Notes: generated by a model from the letters alone, not told the origin. A stretch of 64,000 nt of DNA from an uncultured Candidatus Poseidoniales archaeon (GCA_905182515.1 CAJJBW010000004.1:33131-97130); one strand, 5' to 3'; numbered from the stretch's first letter, positions 37,965-47,725 are shown. Program-made: numbers and translations.

Positions 37965-40900
37965 ATGAATACAAAAGAAGAGGCGAAAGAGAGTAAATTT
38001 TCTACCAAGGATTTTACTCCTATTCCTGTAATAATGACTACTTTGTTAGTACTTTATTTTGGAGTTAGTTTCGCCGTTAATGGAGAAATAGGAAATGATG
38101 GATATGCAGAAATCTTGATTCTACCTATGGCTGCTGCAATAGCATCTGCCATAGGTCGAATAAGCCCATTCCTTCCTATGGAGCAAATGCCTAAATATCG
38201 CACTATGTCAATTTCATTAGGGATCGTATTGGTTGCATTTTTGTTAAATATAATTTCTCCTAGCAATTTTAATAATATTTTTATCGTAACATTTGTTTTA
38301 GTTGGGATATTATCAGTCATGGCATCACAATCTAAACACTTTGAAGAATCTAATTTACTTTTATCAATGGTCATTGGTTTCCATCTAGCAGTTTCCTTTG
38401 CATCAAATTTATCTATGGATGCAGGTTTGGATATTAACTCTCAGAGAACTTCAATCGGAATAGCATTCATATCATTTTGGATAGCATCTATATCTGTTGG
38501 ATTCACTCTTGCTATGTATCTCAGAGGGACATTAGATCATAAAGGCAACAACCCTTTCTTCTCTGTAATACCTGTTTTCACTAAAAATAAATCAGTTGTA
38601 TTATTCTCAAGCTTAATATCATTAGTATATATTATTCCATTATTACAATTTGAAAATAACAACTCACTTGGAATAGTTTGGGCCATATCTACGAGTCTAA
38701 TCGTTATATTTTATGCATTTTGCAGGTCTGAAAGATGGTTCGTATTAGGGGCTATAGTGGCCATAAATTGGTTTATTTATACTCTAGGGCATATTCAGGA
38801 AATTGGCAATACTTTTTATCCGGATGTATTTGAAGGTGAAGGCTTTTTAGGGGCCTTTTCATGGTTTTTCATTACTTTCTGGTTAAATGTTGCAGCAATT
38901 TCTTTGGCCTCAAAAGGTTACTTTGGAGATATCGCTCCAATGCGCACTCATGGTAAATTTAGGATATGGTGGAATGCAAATTTTTACAATATTTTAATAC
39001 CACTCTCATTCTTAGTTGCTCTAACTGTCAGGGTCGTTTGGAACGTCGTTCCTGCAATGAATGCATCAGGAACTGGATTATGGGATATGTCAGGTGGGTC
39101 AGATCCTTGGTACATGAAGCGTGTTATTGATTACATAGTAGTCAATAATAGCCATCTGATTTTTGATGCAGATAGAGCATATCCAATGGGTGCAATCAAT
39201 CCCCGGCCACCTCTTTTTACATGGTCACTAGCATTGGGTGGAATGGCATTATCTTGGGTTTTGGAATCTGATAATACTGGTGAAGTTGTTTGGTGGAGTT
39301 TATCTTCATTGCCTGCTATTTATGGTGCATTAATAATATTCCCAGTTTCAGGTATAGCAAATAGGATATATGGTAAGAAGGCTGCAATATTGTCAGCGTG
39401 GTTGATTGCATTTATGCCTGGGCATATTAGTCGTTCTACATTTGGTATGGTAGATCACGATTCATTTGCAATATTACTACTTTCTACGGCATTCTATTTT
39501 TGGATTACTTCTCTATCATATATGGAGCAAGAAAGAATTTTTAAGAAAACTTCAGCAAATCCACTATACATTATCGCTGGAATTAGAGAATCCTGGGTTA
39601 GAAATCCGAAGGTTATGGCTAATGCCACACTTTCAGGTATAGCATTTGCAATTATGGCACTTGGTTGGAAAGGTTTCGTTTATGGGCCAGCAATAATATT
39701 CCTAGTATTTTCTTTACAATTATTGCTTAACCTGTTTAGGTCTAGAGACAGTATTCAGTTAACTTCTGCTAATTTACAAATGTTATTCACAACCCTAATA
39801 ATTGCTCTTCCATTTTACGCGTGGCCAGGTTTAAATTTAGTATTGAATCCTAATGGTTTAGAACCATTATTCTTTATTATTGGATTCTCATTGATACTTG
39901 GCTGGGTAACTTGTTCATTTAGAGATAAGCCATGGCTATTAGTTTTGGGTGTCGGAACTACACTTGTTTCATTAATATTGCTGATGTTATTCTTACTACA
40001 AGAAGCTGACATATATGCAGGATGGGATATCCTCTTTACTGGTGGTTTTTACTTTGATAAGAATAAAATATTCGGTACAATAGGTGAGGCCCAGGCACCA
40101 AGTAGAGGCGTTTTATTCGCCTCTTATGGTCCAATTGTTGCATTAATAGCATTATCTTATGCTTTTGTTTTCCTTTGGAGGGGCGCAAGAAGCAACAAAG
40201 GGGCATTCACTCTTTTGGGTTCATGGGGCATAATTTCTACATACATGGCCTGGTCTGCAGGTAGATTTATCATCAATGCAACTCCAATAATGGCTATTTT
40301 AGGAGGCATTGGAATCGCTATGCTTTGGAAATCTGCCAATTTCTCAAACTTTTCAAAGGAATGGAGAAATTCTGGTATAGGAACGCCAAGAGCTAGATTT
40401 AGGTCACTTTGGCCTGCATCAAAGAGCCAAGTTGGCGTGCCAATACTGGCTATTGTATTCATGCTGGTATTTTCTCAACATGTTACTTACGGAATTGATT
40501 CTGGAATACCTAGGGGGTCTGAATATGCTTCAGATGTTGATCAGGCCATCTATGATTTAACTCCTGATATTCTAAGAACAAAATTACTTGGAGAATTCTC
40601 TATACTTGATAGTTCTGATTATAACTATGGCTCTCCTACTGAATTTGAATACATCGGTACATTCGGACCTAGTTTCAACAGTTATGGATGGAATGATGCA
40701 TTCTCATGGCTTGAAAGTCAAGATTCTGATGTTGGATTCAGTGAAAGGCCAGCCTTTGTTTCCTGGTGGGATTATGGTTTTAGTGCTTTAACACAAGGGC
40801 AACACCCTACTGTTGCAGACAACTTCCAGTCAGGGATACCTCATAGTGGAGGGATGTTATTATCTCAAGGCCAGGATGACACAATTGCCCTTTTCATAAC

Positions 40901-43900
40901 AACTCTTACTCAAGGTGATATGAAGGCTAACAATGGTATAGTAAGTGATTTGTTATTATCTACATTATCATATAACATGAATGAAGCACAAATTAAAGAA
41001 TACTCTAGTATTATGTCTAATACTAAATCTTCCTTTGTAATAGGGCATGCTATGCAAGTCAGAGCAATTCAAAATGGAGTAGAATTACTAAGTGGCTACC
41101 AACTAAACTCTGAGGGAATACCAAGCCAAGATCTCGAATGGGTTGTAGTTTCTGAAAACGGCGATAGAACTTCGTTAGGTGATAATAAATCTGCAGCTTT
41201 ATCATTATTTAATCAAACTAGGGGGTCAGCATCTGTATCTTCTTCATTATCAAGTTGGGATGAAGGCCTCTCTCCCTCTTACTATGATATCGGCAATTAT
41301 AGGTATACTACTGATCTTATCGAGGACTTCGATTCAGCATCTACTTCGATTCATAAGACCAATTCTAAATTAGCAATCTCTAGGGCGTTTTTAGTATCCG
41401 CATTTGATATTGATGCATTAGTTGACATATATCATGATATATCTACATCAATAACTTACGAAGTCCAAGATTATGACGGCCCACTTGGAAGTACAGTTGA
41501 AAGGAACAATGAAATCAGATATTTTGCTGTTGATAATAAATTATATCCTCTAGGAGGGTCATATTATGAAGATTATTCATATCATAGAGGGCAAACAACA
41601 GGAATATTCCATGCTCCTACTGGACTTTCTGGTTTAGATATGAATAACTATATTTCAACGCTTTACCTAACACAAAGAGGAGATGGGCCAATAGTGCCAA
41701 GATCTTCTCAGGAATTCAATGATGCATATTTATCTGATTTGGAACTTCAACAAAGTGGTGCAATATCGGACTCCACTCAAGTAATTAGGTACACTGATAT
41801 AGATTATCAACATAAAGCTAGTTTCTTTGATACAATGGTGGCAAGAACTTATGTTGGATATGGTACATCTACATTAGGACTCCAAGGAGATGCCGAATCT
41901 CCTTCAGTATGGTTTAATCCTCAGAGCTCAGGTCTAATAGGTGCTCCAGGGACATATCTACAAAATGCTTGGGCTTTACCAGGGGCAATGATGAATCATA
42001 TGGTAATATCAAATTGGTACGATAGTGATTATGATGATGATGGAATAGATAATATTGCAGATCTCACTAAGTGTGGAGATTTAATCGAAAGCAACATTAC
42101 TTCTAATTTATCTATAGGTGATACATCCATTTCATTAGTTGATGCATCATTAATGCCAATCAGTGGAAGTGCGAATCTAAATGACGATATTGAGGTACAG
42201 TGGACTGGTAAGAGTGATAATTCTTTAACTGGAGTAAGCAAGATTACTAAAGATATCAAAGAAGGATCTCAATTATCATATAATCCTGATAGAGGTTGTG
42301 GTAGTATATATGATTCTAATAGATTTGTAAAGATTCTGAAATATTACAGTGGAGCAACTTTAGAAGGAACGGTTTCTCTTGATGGAGATGGAATAGTTCC
42401 AAATGCCCGAATTTTAGTTGAAAGAGATGCTTTTAGCGGAGATGAAACTGCGGATTCTGATGGTAATGTTGTCGACAGAGATGGCAGAACATATTGGATC
42501 CCTATAGGATATTCTGATGCAGATGAGAATGGTAAGTTCTCTTTGACAGTCCCTGCTGGTAAGATTCGAATCTCAGCTTATATTGGAGATACGGACTTAG
42601 ATTCTGCTAGAGCATCAATCATGACGTCAGACGTAGGCCAAACAATGTTTGAACTAGTTATCGAAGAGAATACCCAAAGAATGACAAATCCCATAACTGG
42701 GATACTTGGAAATGTCGCTGGTGCTACATGGCTTTCAGAAACTATAGTTAATGTTTCAGGATCCGAAGGTCATAGTAACGGCGAAGAAAAAATACAAGTT
42801 TCTATTGATGTGTCATCATCTTCATCCTCAGGAGTGTTGTCTTGGGCAGGTAGTGGCGATTTCAATGGTCAACCAATAGAGAATGCCCAAATAGTATTAT
42901 CTCCTTCTTCTGAATTAATAGCTTTAGATCCTTATTTAATTTCAACTTCTAATGGCACAGTTACTGGAGATGACCTCCAATTCCAAGGATTAGGGGAGGT
43001 ATTATTCACAGGTGCTGGTAATGTTGTCTCACCTAATAATATATTATCAGTGTACGATTTTACTGGCCAACATACTCAAGACATCTATAATAACCATAGC
43101 ATAATTGGTGATGGGTTATTTACTGGAAAAGGACTTTTGTCCAATGGTGTGATAAAAGATGATATTGAAATAATCGTGTGCCAAGATGATACGTTGCCCG
43201 AAGGTGTTGATATTTGTATCAACAATGAAGAAAATTACTTACTAAATGGAACTTATAACGCATCAGGAAAATTCACATCTGTTGGAAAATCAACATTTAC
43301 AAAAACCCTTATCCGGTCAACTTTGATCGGTTCAGGGACCTTCACCGTAGACACTACTGAAGCACTAGATTCATATGGGATTGTAAATGGTACAGGGACA
43401 TTCTCGGGAACTGGTATATTTAGTGGCGCTATGGTCCAGCCAGGGACATTCCGCGTCGTTAATGCAATTCCAGGTACTTACGATGTTTCTGTAATATTTG
43501 GGGATGGGACACAAGTCAATTTAACTAACCAATTTACAATACCATTGCGAGATTCACCATCCATGTCTATGCCTGTTATTGTATTTGGAGGAACTATTTC
43601 TGGTCATTTGATAGATTCTAATGAGAATGTAGTAAATTCCTCAGTATCTTTGATCAAGGGCATCAATTCAATTGATCAAGAAATGCCAGTTGAAGATTGT
43701 TCAATAATAAAATTCGCTCCTTGTTTCATTTATCCCGACGATACAGGTAAAATTTCATTCGGACCAATAACGCCCGGCTCATATCTCGCAGAGATAGATT
43801 CTGATGGTGATGGCATTCCTGAAGTTTCTATGGCTTACGACTTCAATGTCGATACACCTTTCGATGCAATTTTCCCTTCTCCTCTGCCAGAAACATCTGA

Positions 43901-46900
43901 TATACGATTTACTTTAATTGATGAAGGAATTATGATGGAAGATCTGAATATTTCTTTCTATTATGAAAATCAAATAAACAATATAGTAAACGCATTATAT
44001 GATGCAGATTCTAAAGAATACAATGTCGAATTAACCCAGGGGACATGGATTTTAAGTCATAGTTTAGATGAGAATAAGCAAATCTGGAAAAGTATCGTTA
44101 TTGGTTCTGAGGATTTAGAAATGGAAATTGAATTTGAAGTTAGTAAATTAGTAAGTGGTTTGGCTCACATATCTTCCACAGATTTAATTACTGATAATTC
44201 AATAATTACTCCATTACCTAACCATCCGGTCTCATTCTATTGGGGCGAAGAACTAACTACAATTGTATATACTAATTTAGATGGAGAATTTGAAGTAACT
44301 TTGCCAGTTAACTCAATAGTGGATGCATCATTACAATATTCACTTGATTTACCATATTCATCAAACTATAGATTTACAGTAAATGATGTACTAGATGACA
44401 ATCAAACATTTAATTTAACAGCAGAAAAATCATTAATTGTAAACGGCAAATTAAGTCTTGACATAATAGGGAACTATTATACCAATTCTCTTGATGATTG
44501 GAGCACCGTACAGATAATTGCCACGCCATCTCCATTGGATGATTCCAAACCATCTTGGAGGGCTACTGTTGATGAAACTGGTAATTTCCAAATGTTCCTA
44601 AAAGAAGGAGATTGGATTTTCTCCAAACAAACCTCACTAAATAATCCAAGTAACATTTTGGAAGAGGTCCTAATTATTAATGAGTCTGTAAAAGATATAG
44701 ATTTATTACTTTATTCAGATATTAGTCCAGTGATTATCGACTTATTCCTCGATCACAGTAGGGATGGAAACATTTCAAATGGTACTATGGTACAATATCC
44801 ATTCGCTATTAAATCTTTAAATCCCTTGATTCCAACATATGAGGTAGCTATAGATGGTGATGAGTGGGTGTCGTATGGTAGAGCGGAAGTATATATGGCA
44901 CCAGGGACATATTCGATAGTAATTGATAGGGCAAATCCATCTGATGGAGACCTATTTGATACTTTATACACCTCTGATGACTCATTTGATATTGGACTAA
45001 TTGTAAATGAATTTTCAACTTCTATAGCATTTGAACCAGAATGGCTTACGAATTTAACGTTGACTAATCAAAGTGGGGGGATACTATCCAACCAATTAGT
45101 CAGATTCAAAGATATTGATTCAGGATGGTTATTATCATTCATGTCAAACTCTAATGGTTCTATTTCAACGTATATCCCAGAAGGGGAATGGCTGGTAACA
45201 ATCGATTCATTAGAAACTAATACAGATGTATTCGAAAGTATCAGAAGATTAATTTCTGTTACAAATATCTCAGCAGGACAGAGTATTGATTTAATTACTA
45301 ATGAAGTAGCAAAAACTACAATAATTCTTACTAATGGGGAAATTCCTTTATCAAATGTTCAATTAAAATTAATAAGTGAAACATTAGGTACTACTAATTC
45401 ACCATATTCTGATGAACTTGGAATGATTGATTTAAAAATTGAACCAGGAATGTGGGATGTAGAATTAAATTATACTGATAATAATGGAGTTATGTGGATT
45501 ATTGAGACTACTCCTTTATTGGAAGAAGGATTGTCAGCTGGTGAAAACTCTGGAATTTTGTTGAATGTAAGTAAATTTGTTCAACTCAAAGGAACAGTAT
45601 TTTGGGATTTAAATAATAATAATTTACCAAACTTTGGAGAAGGCGTTTTAAATGCCTCAGTAAACCTAACTTCTGATTTACAATCTGAACTTGTAGTTAC
45701 TGACGAATTAGGTGCTTGGTCTATTTATCTACCTCACGAGAGTATTTGGTCAATTTCAACCCATATTGATGGATTTAGTGATGCCGAATCAACAGTATCT
45801 TTGTCAAATGATTCTCATGTGAAAAATATTCAAATAACTGCAGGAGTAGTTGAAATTTCTGGTTTTATTTCATATATTGATGAAAATCAATTCCAAGAGA
45901 TAGCAGATGAAATCACAATCGTTTTACTCCCAGCGTCTGGGATAATAAGGGACAGAGTAACTCCAAATAAAATACTAAATGATCAAATGATTTGGGATGG
46001 GGAATGGAGCGTTATGGTCGAACCGGGTGATTGGATTGCATGGATTACAGCTGAATCTACTAATAATGTACCTTATTTGGTTTCAATCGACTATATGGAT
46101 GTAGGGATAAATGGTTTAGTTACAAATTCTGAAATGTCAATAGGCGGAAAACTTATTTTAGATACCCAATGGCTAGATTATGATGGTAATGATAAATCAT
46201 TATTAGATTTGGTTTCTCATAATGTGATCATTAATTTAAGATCTTTGCAAATAAGTTGGGACGAGCAATTAAATGAAAATGGTACTTTAGAATTAATTTT
46301 ACCAATAGGTCAAGTTGACGCATCAAGTTCTTTCAATTATAGTCAAGAGGGCATGGTCATGGATTATTCTGGAGGAAAAGGTGCAACGATCAGATCATCT
46401 CAGGATACTCCAGTAACAACTTTGGAAATCACTGTAATTAAGAATCAAGACATATTAATTACGAATGCTGCATTAGGTAATGCCGACTTAGTATTATCTG
46501 ATATGCCATGCACTCCTGAGTGTACTTATGACGCAGTAGACTTTAATCTTAATCTTAATTATATTGGCCACCAGTCATATGATAACTATACTGTTAACGG
46601 TATCGTTCCAGGGGCAGATGGCGTAAATTGGACAGTTGAATTCAAAGACGATTCCGGAAATTGGAACTCTTCGACATCAGTAGAAATGGGATTGGAAAAT
46701 ACTCTTTCAATTAATGACTTTGAGGTCAGAATAACTCCTGCAAAGGTCAACACAGCTCACCACTTAAATAATGGCCATCAGATTAGAATTATCTTTACAA
46801 CCTTGGATGGATATGTAAATGAGCATGTAATAATAGTTAATGTGCCTCAATCACATGCATTTTCCTCAGATGGATTCTCTAAGGACATATATGGGATTGT

Positions 46901-47675
46901 TCCTGATGAATTATTTAGTATAGACATAGGTTTCTTGAATGAAGGCAATGGAGATGATATTTTCTTCTTTGACTATAGTATAGATTCTTTAGATGATTGG
47001 ACAGTTTCTGGTATCCGATCGCAACCAGTTGCCCCATTTGCTAATGGACTAACATCAGTATCTATTATTCCACCTGGTAACATCAGTGAAGATCAATATA
47101 CTCTGACATTAATTGTCACGGATGAGAACAACAATACTTATGGCCCGTATTCAACTATTATTCAGAAATCTAAGTCAATATTGTCACTATCTACAGATTC
47201 TAAAATTCAATTGTTAAGTGGCGATTCAGGCCCAATATCTGGTGAAATTGCTACTTATTTAATTGAGGTAAAGAATACGGGATTAATACCTGCTTCATCT
47301 GTTGAATTAAATGCAGTTCTTTGTTCAGATATATTATGTAATAATTACATGGGAATAAACGGTTCTTCTATGTACAATATCCCTGCAGAAGGATCATCAA
47401 CTTTCTACATTGACATGGATTTCACAAACATTAAAGTTGGGAAATACTTTGTTCAGTTTTACTTTACAGATATTCTCAGGGTTGATGACATAGATTTAGA
47501 ATCTTGCAATGCATTATCCGAAGATAGTACTGAATGTACTATGGAGGCTCAAACTTTAGCCGCAGGTGAAGATACTGACCGGCCAATTTTAGGATATATT
47601 ATGGGATTATTATTGATAGTTACATTATTGTATATAATTAGTCGCTCTACTAGGAGACCCGGGGCTCCATTCTAA
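37965..47675 (+). CDS. aglB: Giant (3236 aa) AglB/STT3-family oligosaccharyltransferase fused to an extra N-terminal polytopic module, a >2000-aa extracellular beta-sandwich-rich extension and a C-terminal TM anchor
   Basis: GGTGAT lies 5 nt upstream of the ATG. About ten hydrophobic segments precede the STT3 core. STT3 motifs: SDPWYMKRV (first external loop), MVDHDSFAILL, and WWDYG (40764-40778). Later a carboxypeptidase-regulatory-like unit: GTVSLDGDGIVPNARILVERDAF...DENGKFSLTVPAGKIRISAY. Terminal helix ILGYIMGLLLIVTLLYII followed by SRSTRR. Confidence 0.8.
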   Translation: MNTKEEAKESKFSTKDFTPIPVIMTTLLVLYFGVSFAVNGEIGNDGYAEILILPMAAAIASAIGRISPFLPMEQMPKYRTMSISLGIVLVAFLLNIISPSNFNNIFIVTFVLVGILSVMASQSKHFEESNLLLSMVIGFHLAVSFASNLSMDAGLDINSQRTSIGIAFISFWIASISVGFTLAMYLRGTLDHKGNNPFFSVIPVFTKNKSVVLFSSLISLVYIIPLLQFENNNSLGIVWAISTSLIVIFYAFCRSERWFVLGAIVAINWFIYTLGHIQEIGNTFYPDVFEGEGFLGAFSWFFITFWLNVAAISLASKGYFGDIAPMRTHGKFRIWWNANFYNILIPLSFLVALTVRVVWNVVPAMNASGTGLWDMSGGSDPWYMKRVIDYIVVNNSHLIFDADRAYPMGAINPRPPLFTWSLALGGMALSWVLESDNTGEVVWWSLSSLPAIYGALIIFPVSGIANRIYGKKAAILSAWLIAFMPGHISRSTFGMVDHDSFAILLLSTAFYFWITSLSYMEQERIFKKTSANPLYIIAGIRESWVRNPKVMANATLSGIAFAIMALGWKGFVYGPAIIFLVFSLQLLLNLFRSRDSIQLTSANLQMLFTTLIIALPFYAWPGLNLVLNPNGLEPLFFIIGFSLILGWVTCSFRDKPWLLVLGVGTTLVSLILLMLFLLQEADIYAGWDILFTGGFYFDKNKIFGTIGEAQAPSRGVLFASYGPIVALIALSYAFVFLWRGARSNKGAFTLLGSWGIISTYMAWSAGRFIINATPIMAILGGIGIAMLWKSANFSNFSKEWRNSGIGTPRARFRSLWPASKSQVGVPILAIVFMLVFSQHVTYGIDSGIPRGSEYASDVDQAIYDLTPDILRTKLLGEFSILDSSDYNYGSPTEFEYIGTFGPSFNSYGWNDAFSWLESQDSDVGFSERPAFVSWWDYGFSALTQGQHPTVADNFQSGIPHSGGMLLSQGQDDTIALFITTLTQGDMKANNGIVSDLLLSTLSYNMNEAQIKEYSSIMSNTKSSFVIGHAMQVRAIQNGVELLSGYQLNSEGIPSQDLEWVVVSENGDRTSLGDNKSAALSLFNQTRGSASVSSSLSSWDEGLSPSYYDIGNYRYTTDLIEDFDSASTSIHKTNSKLAISRAFLVSAFDIDALVDIYHDISTSITYEVQDYDGPLGSTVERNNEIRYFAVDNKLYPLGGSYYEDYSYHRGQTTGIFHAPTGLSGLDMNNYISTLYLTQRGDGPIVPRSSQEFNDAYLSDLELQQSGAISDSTQVIRYTDIDYQHKASFFDTMVARTYVGYGTSTLGLQGDAESPSVWFNPQSSGLIGAPGTYLQNAWALPGAMMNHMVISNWYDSDYDDDGIDNIADLTKCGDLIESNITSNLSIGDTSISLVDASLMPISGSANLNDDIEVQWTGKSDNSLTGVSKITKDIKEGSQLSYNPDRGCGSIYDSNRFVKILKYYSGATLEGTVSLDGDGIVPNARILVERDAFSGDETADSDGNVVDRDGRTYWIPIGYSDADENGKFSLTVPAGKIRISAYIGDTDLDSARASIMTSDVGQTMFELVIEENTQRMTNPITGILGNVAGATWLSETIVNVSGSEGHSNGEEKIQVSIDVSSSSSSGVLSWAGSGDFNGQPIENAQIVLSPSSELIALDPYLISTSNGTVTGDDLQFQGLGEVLFTGAGNVVSPNNILSVYDFTGQHTQDIYNNHSIIGDGLFTGKGLLSNGVIKDDIEIIVCQDDTLPEGVDICINNEENYLLNGTYNASGKFTSVGKSTFTKTLIRSTLIGSGTFTVDTTEALDSYGIVNGTGTFSGTGIFSGAMVQPGTFRVVNAIPGTYDVSVIFGDGTQVNLTNQFTIPLRDSPSMSMPVIVFGGTISGHLIDSNENVVNSSVSLIKGINSIDQEMPVEDCSIIKFAPCFIYPDDTGKISFGPITPGSYLAEIDSDGDGIPEVSMAYDFNVDTPFDAIFPSPLPETSDIRFTLIDEGIMMEDLNISFYYENQINNIVNALYDADSKEYNVELTQGTWILSHSLDENKQIWKSIVIGSEDLEMEIEFEVSKLVSGLAHISSTDLITDNSIITPLPNHPVSFYWGEELTTIVYTNLDGEFEVTLPVNSIVDASLQYSLDLPYSSNYRFTVNDVLDDNQTFNLTAEKSLIVNGKLSLDIIGNYYTNSLDDWSTVQIIATPSPLDDSKPSWRATVDETGNFQMFLKEGDWIFSKQTSLNNPSNILEEVLIINESVKDIDLLLYSDISPVIIDLFLDHSRDGNISNGTMVQYPFAIKSLNPLIPTYEVAIDGDEWVSYGRAEVYMAPGTYSIVIDRANPSDGDLFDTLYTSDDSFDIGLIVNEFSTSIAFEPEWLTNLTLTNQSGGILSNQLVRFKDIDSGWLLSFMSNSNGSISTYIPEGEWLVTIDSLETNTDVFESIRRLISVTNISAGQSIDLITNEVAKTTIILTNGEIPLSNVQLKLISETLGTTNSPYSDELGMIDLKIEPGMWDVELNYTDNNGVMWIIETTPLLEEGLSAGENSGILLNVSKFVQLKGTVFWDLNNNNLPNFGEGVLNASVNLTSDLQSELVVTDELGAWSIYLPHESIWSISTHIDGFSDAESTVSLSNDSHVKNIQITAGVVEISGFISYIDENQFQEIADEITIVLLPASGIIRDRVTPNKILNDQMIWDGEWSVMVEPGDWIAWITAESTNNVPYLVSIDYMDVGINGLVTNSEMSIGGKLILDTQWLDYDGNDKSLLDLVSHNVIINLRSLQISWDEQLNENGTLELILPIGQVDASSSFNYSQEGMVMDYSGGKGATIRSSQDTPVTTLEITVIKNQDILITNAALGNADLVLSDMPCTPECTYDAVDFNLNLNYIGHQSYDNYTVNGIVPGADGVNWTVEFKDDSGNWNSSTSVEMGLENTLSINDFEVRITPAKVNTAHHLNNGHQIRIIFTTLDGYVNEHVIIVNVPQSHAFSSDGFSKDIYGIVPDELFSIDIGFLNEGNGDDIFFFDYSIDSLDDWTVSGIRSQPVAPFANGLTSVSIIPPGNISEDQYTLTLIVTDENNNTYGPYSTIIQKSKSILSLSTDSKIQLLSGDSGPISGEIATYLIEVKNTGLIPASSVELNAVLCSDILCNNYMGINGSSMYNIPAEGSSTFYIDMDFTNIKVGKYFVQFYFTDILRVDDIDLESCNALSEDSTECTMEAQTLAAGEDTDRPILGYIMGLLLIVTLLYIISRSTRRPGAPF
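40764..40778 (+). other. WWDYG catalytic signature of STT3/AglB/PglB oligosaccharyltransferases
   Basis: Codons TGG TGG GAT TAT GGT, in frame with 37965 (residues 934-938). Context: RPAFVSWWDYGFSALTQGQHPTVADNFQ. Confidence 0.85.
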
Positions 47676-47679
47676 GTGA

Positions 47680-47702
47680 AATACAAATATTATTATTGTA
47701 TT
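47680..47702 (+). terminator. Weak AT-only hairpin just after the aglB stop
   Basis: AATACAA-atattatta-TTGTATT forms a 7-bp stem with a 9-nt loop. It is flanked by CTAAGT direct repeats at 47672-47677 and 47704-47709. Confidence 0.2.
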
Positions 47703-47725
47703 CCTAAGTAAGGCAGCATGAAGGT

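Noticed and set aside
47695-47702. ATTGTATT octamer shared by three intergenic regions (31211-31218, 47695-47702, 53277-53284)
   Set aside because: It is an AT-rich 8-mer. From base composition several copies are expected per 64 kb on both strands. There is no consistent spacing to start codons. It would need a genome-wide enrichment test before being taken seriously.
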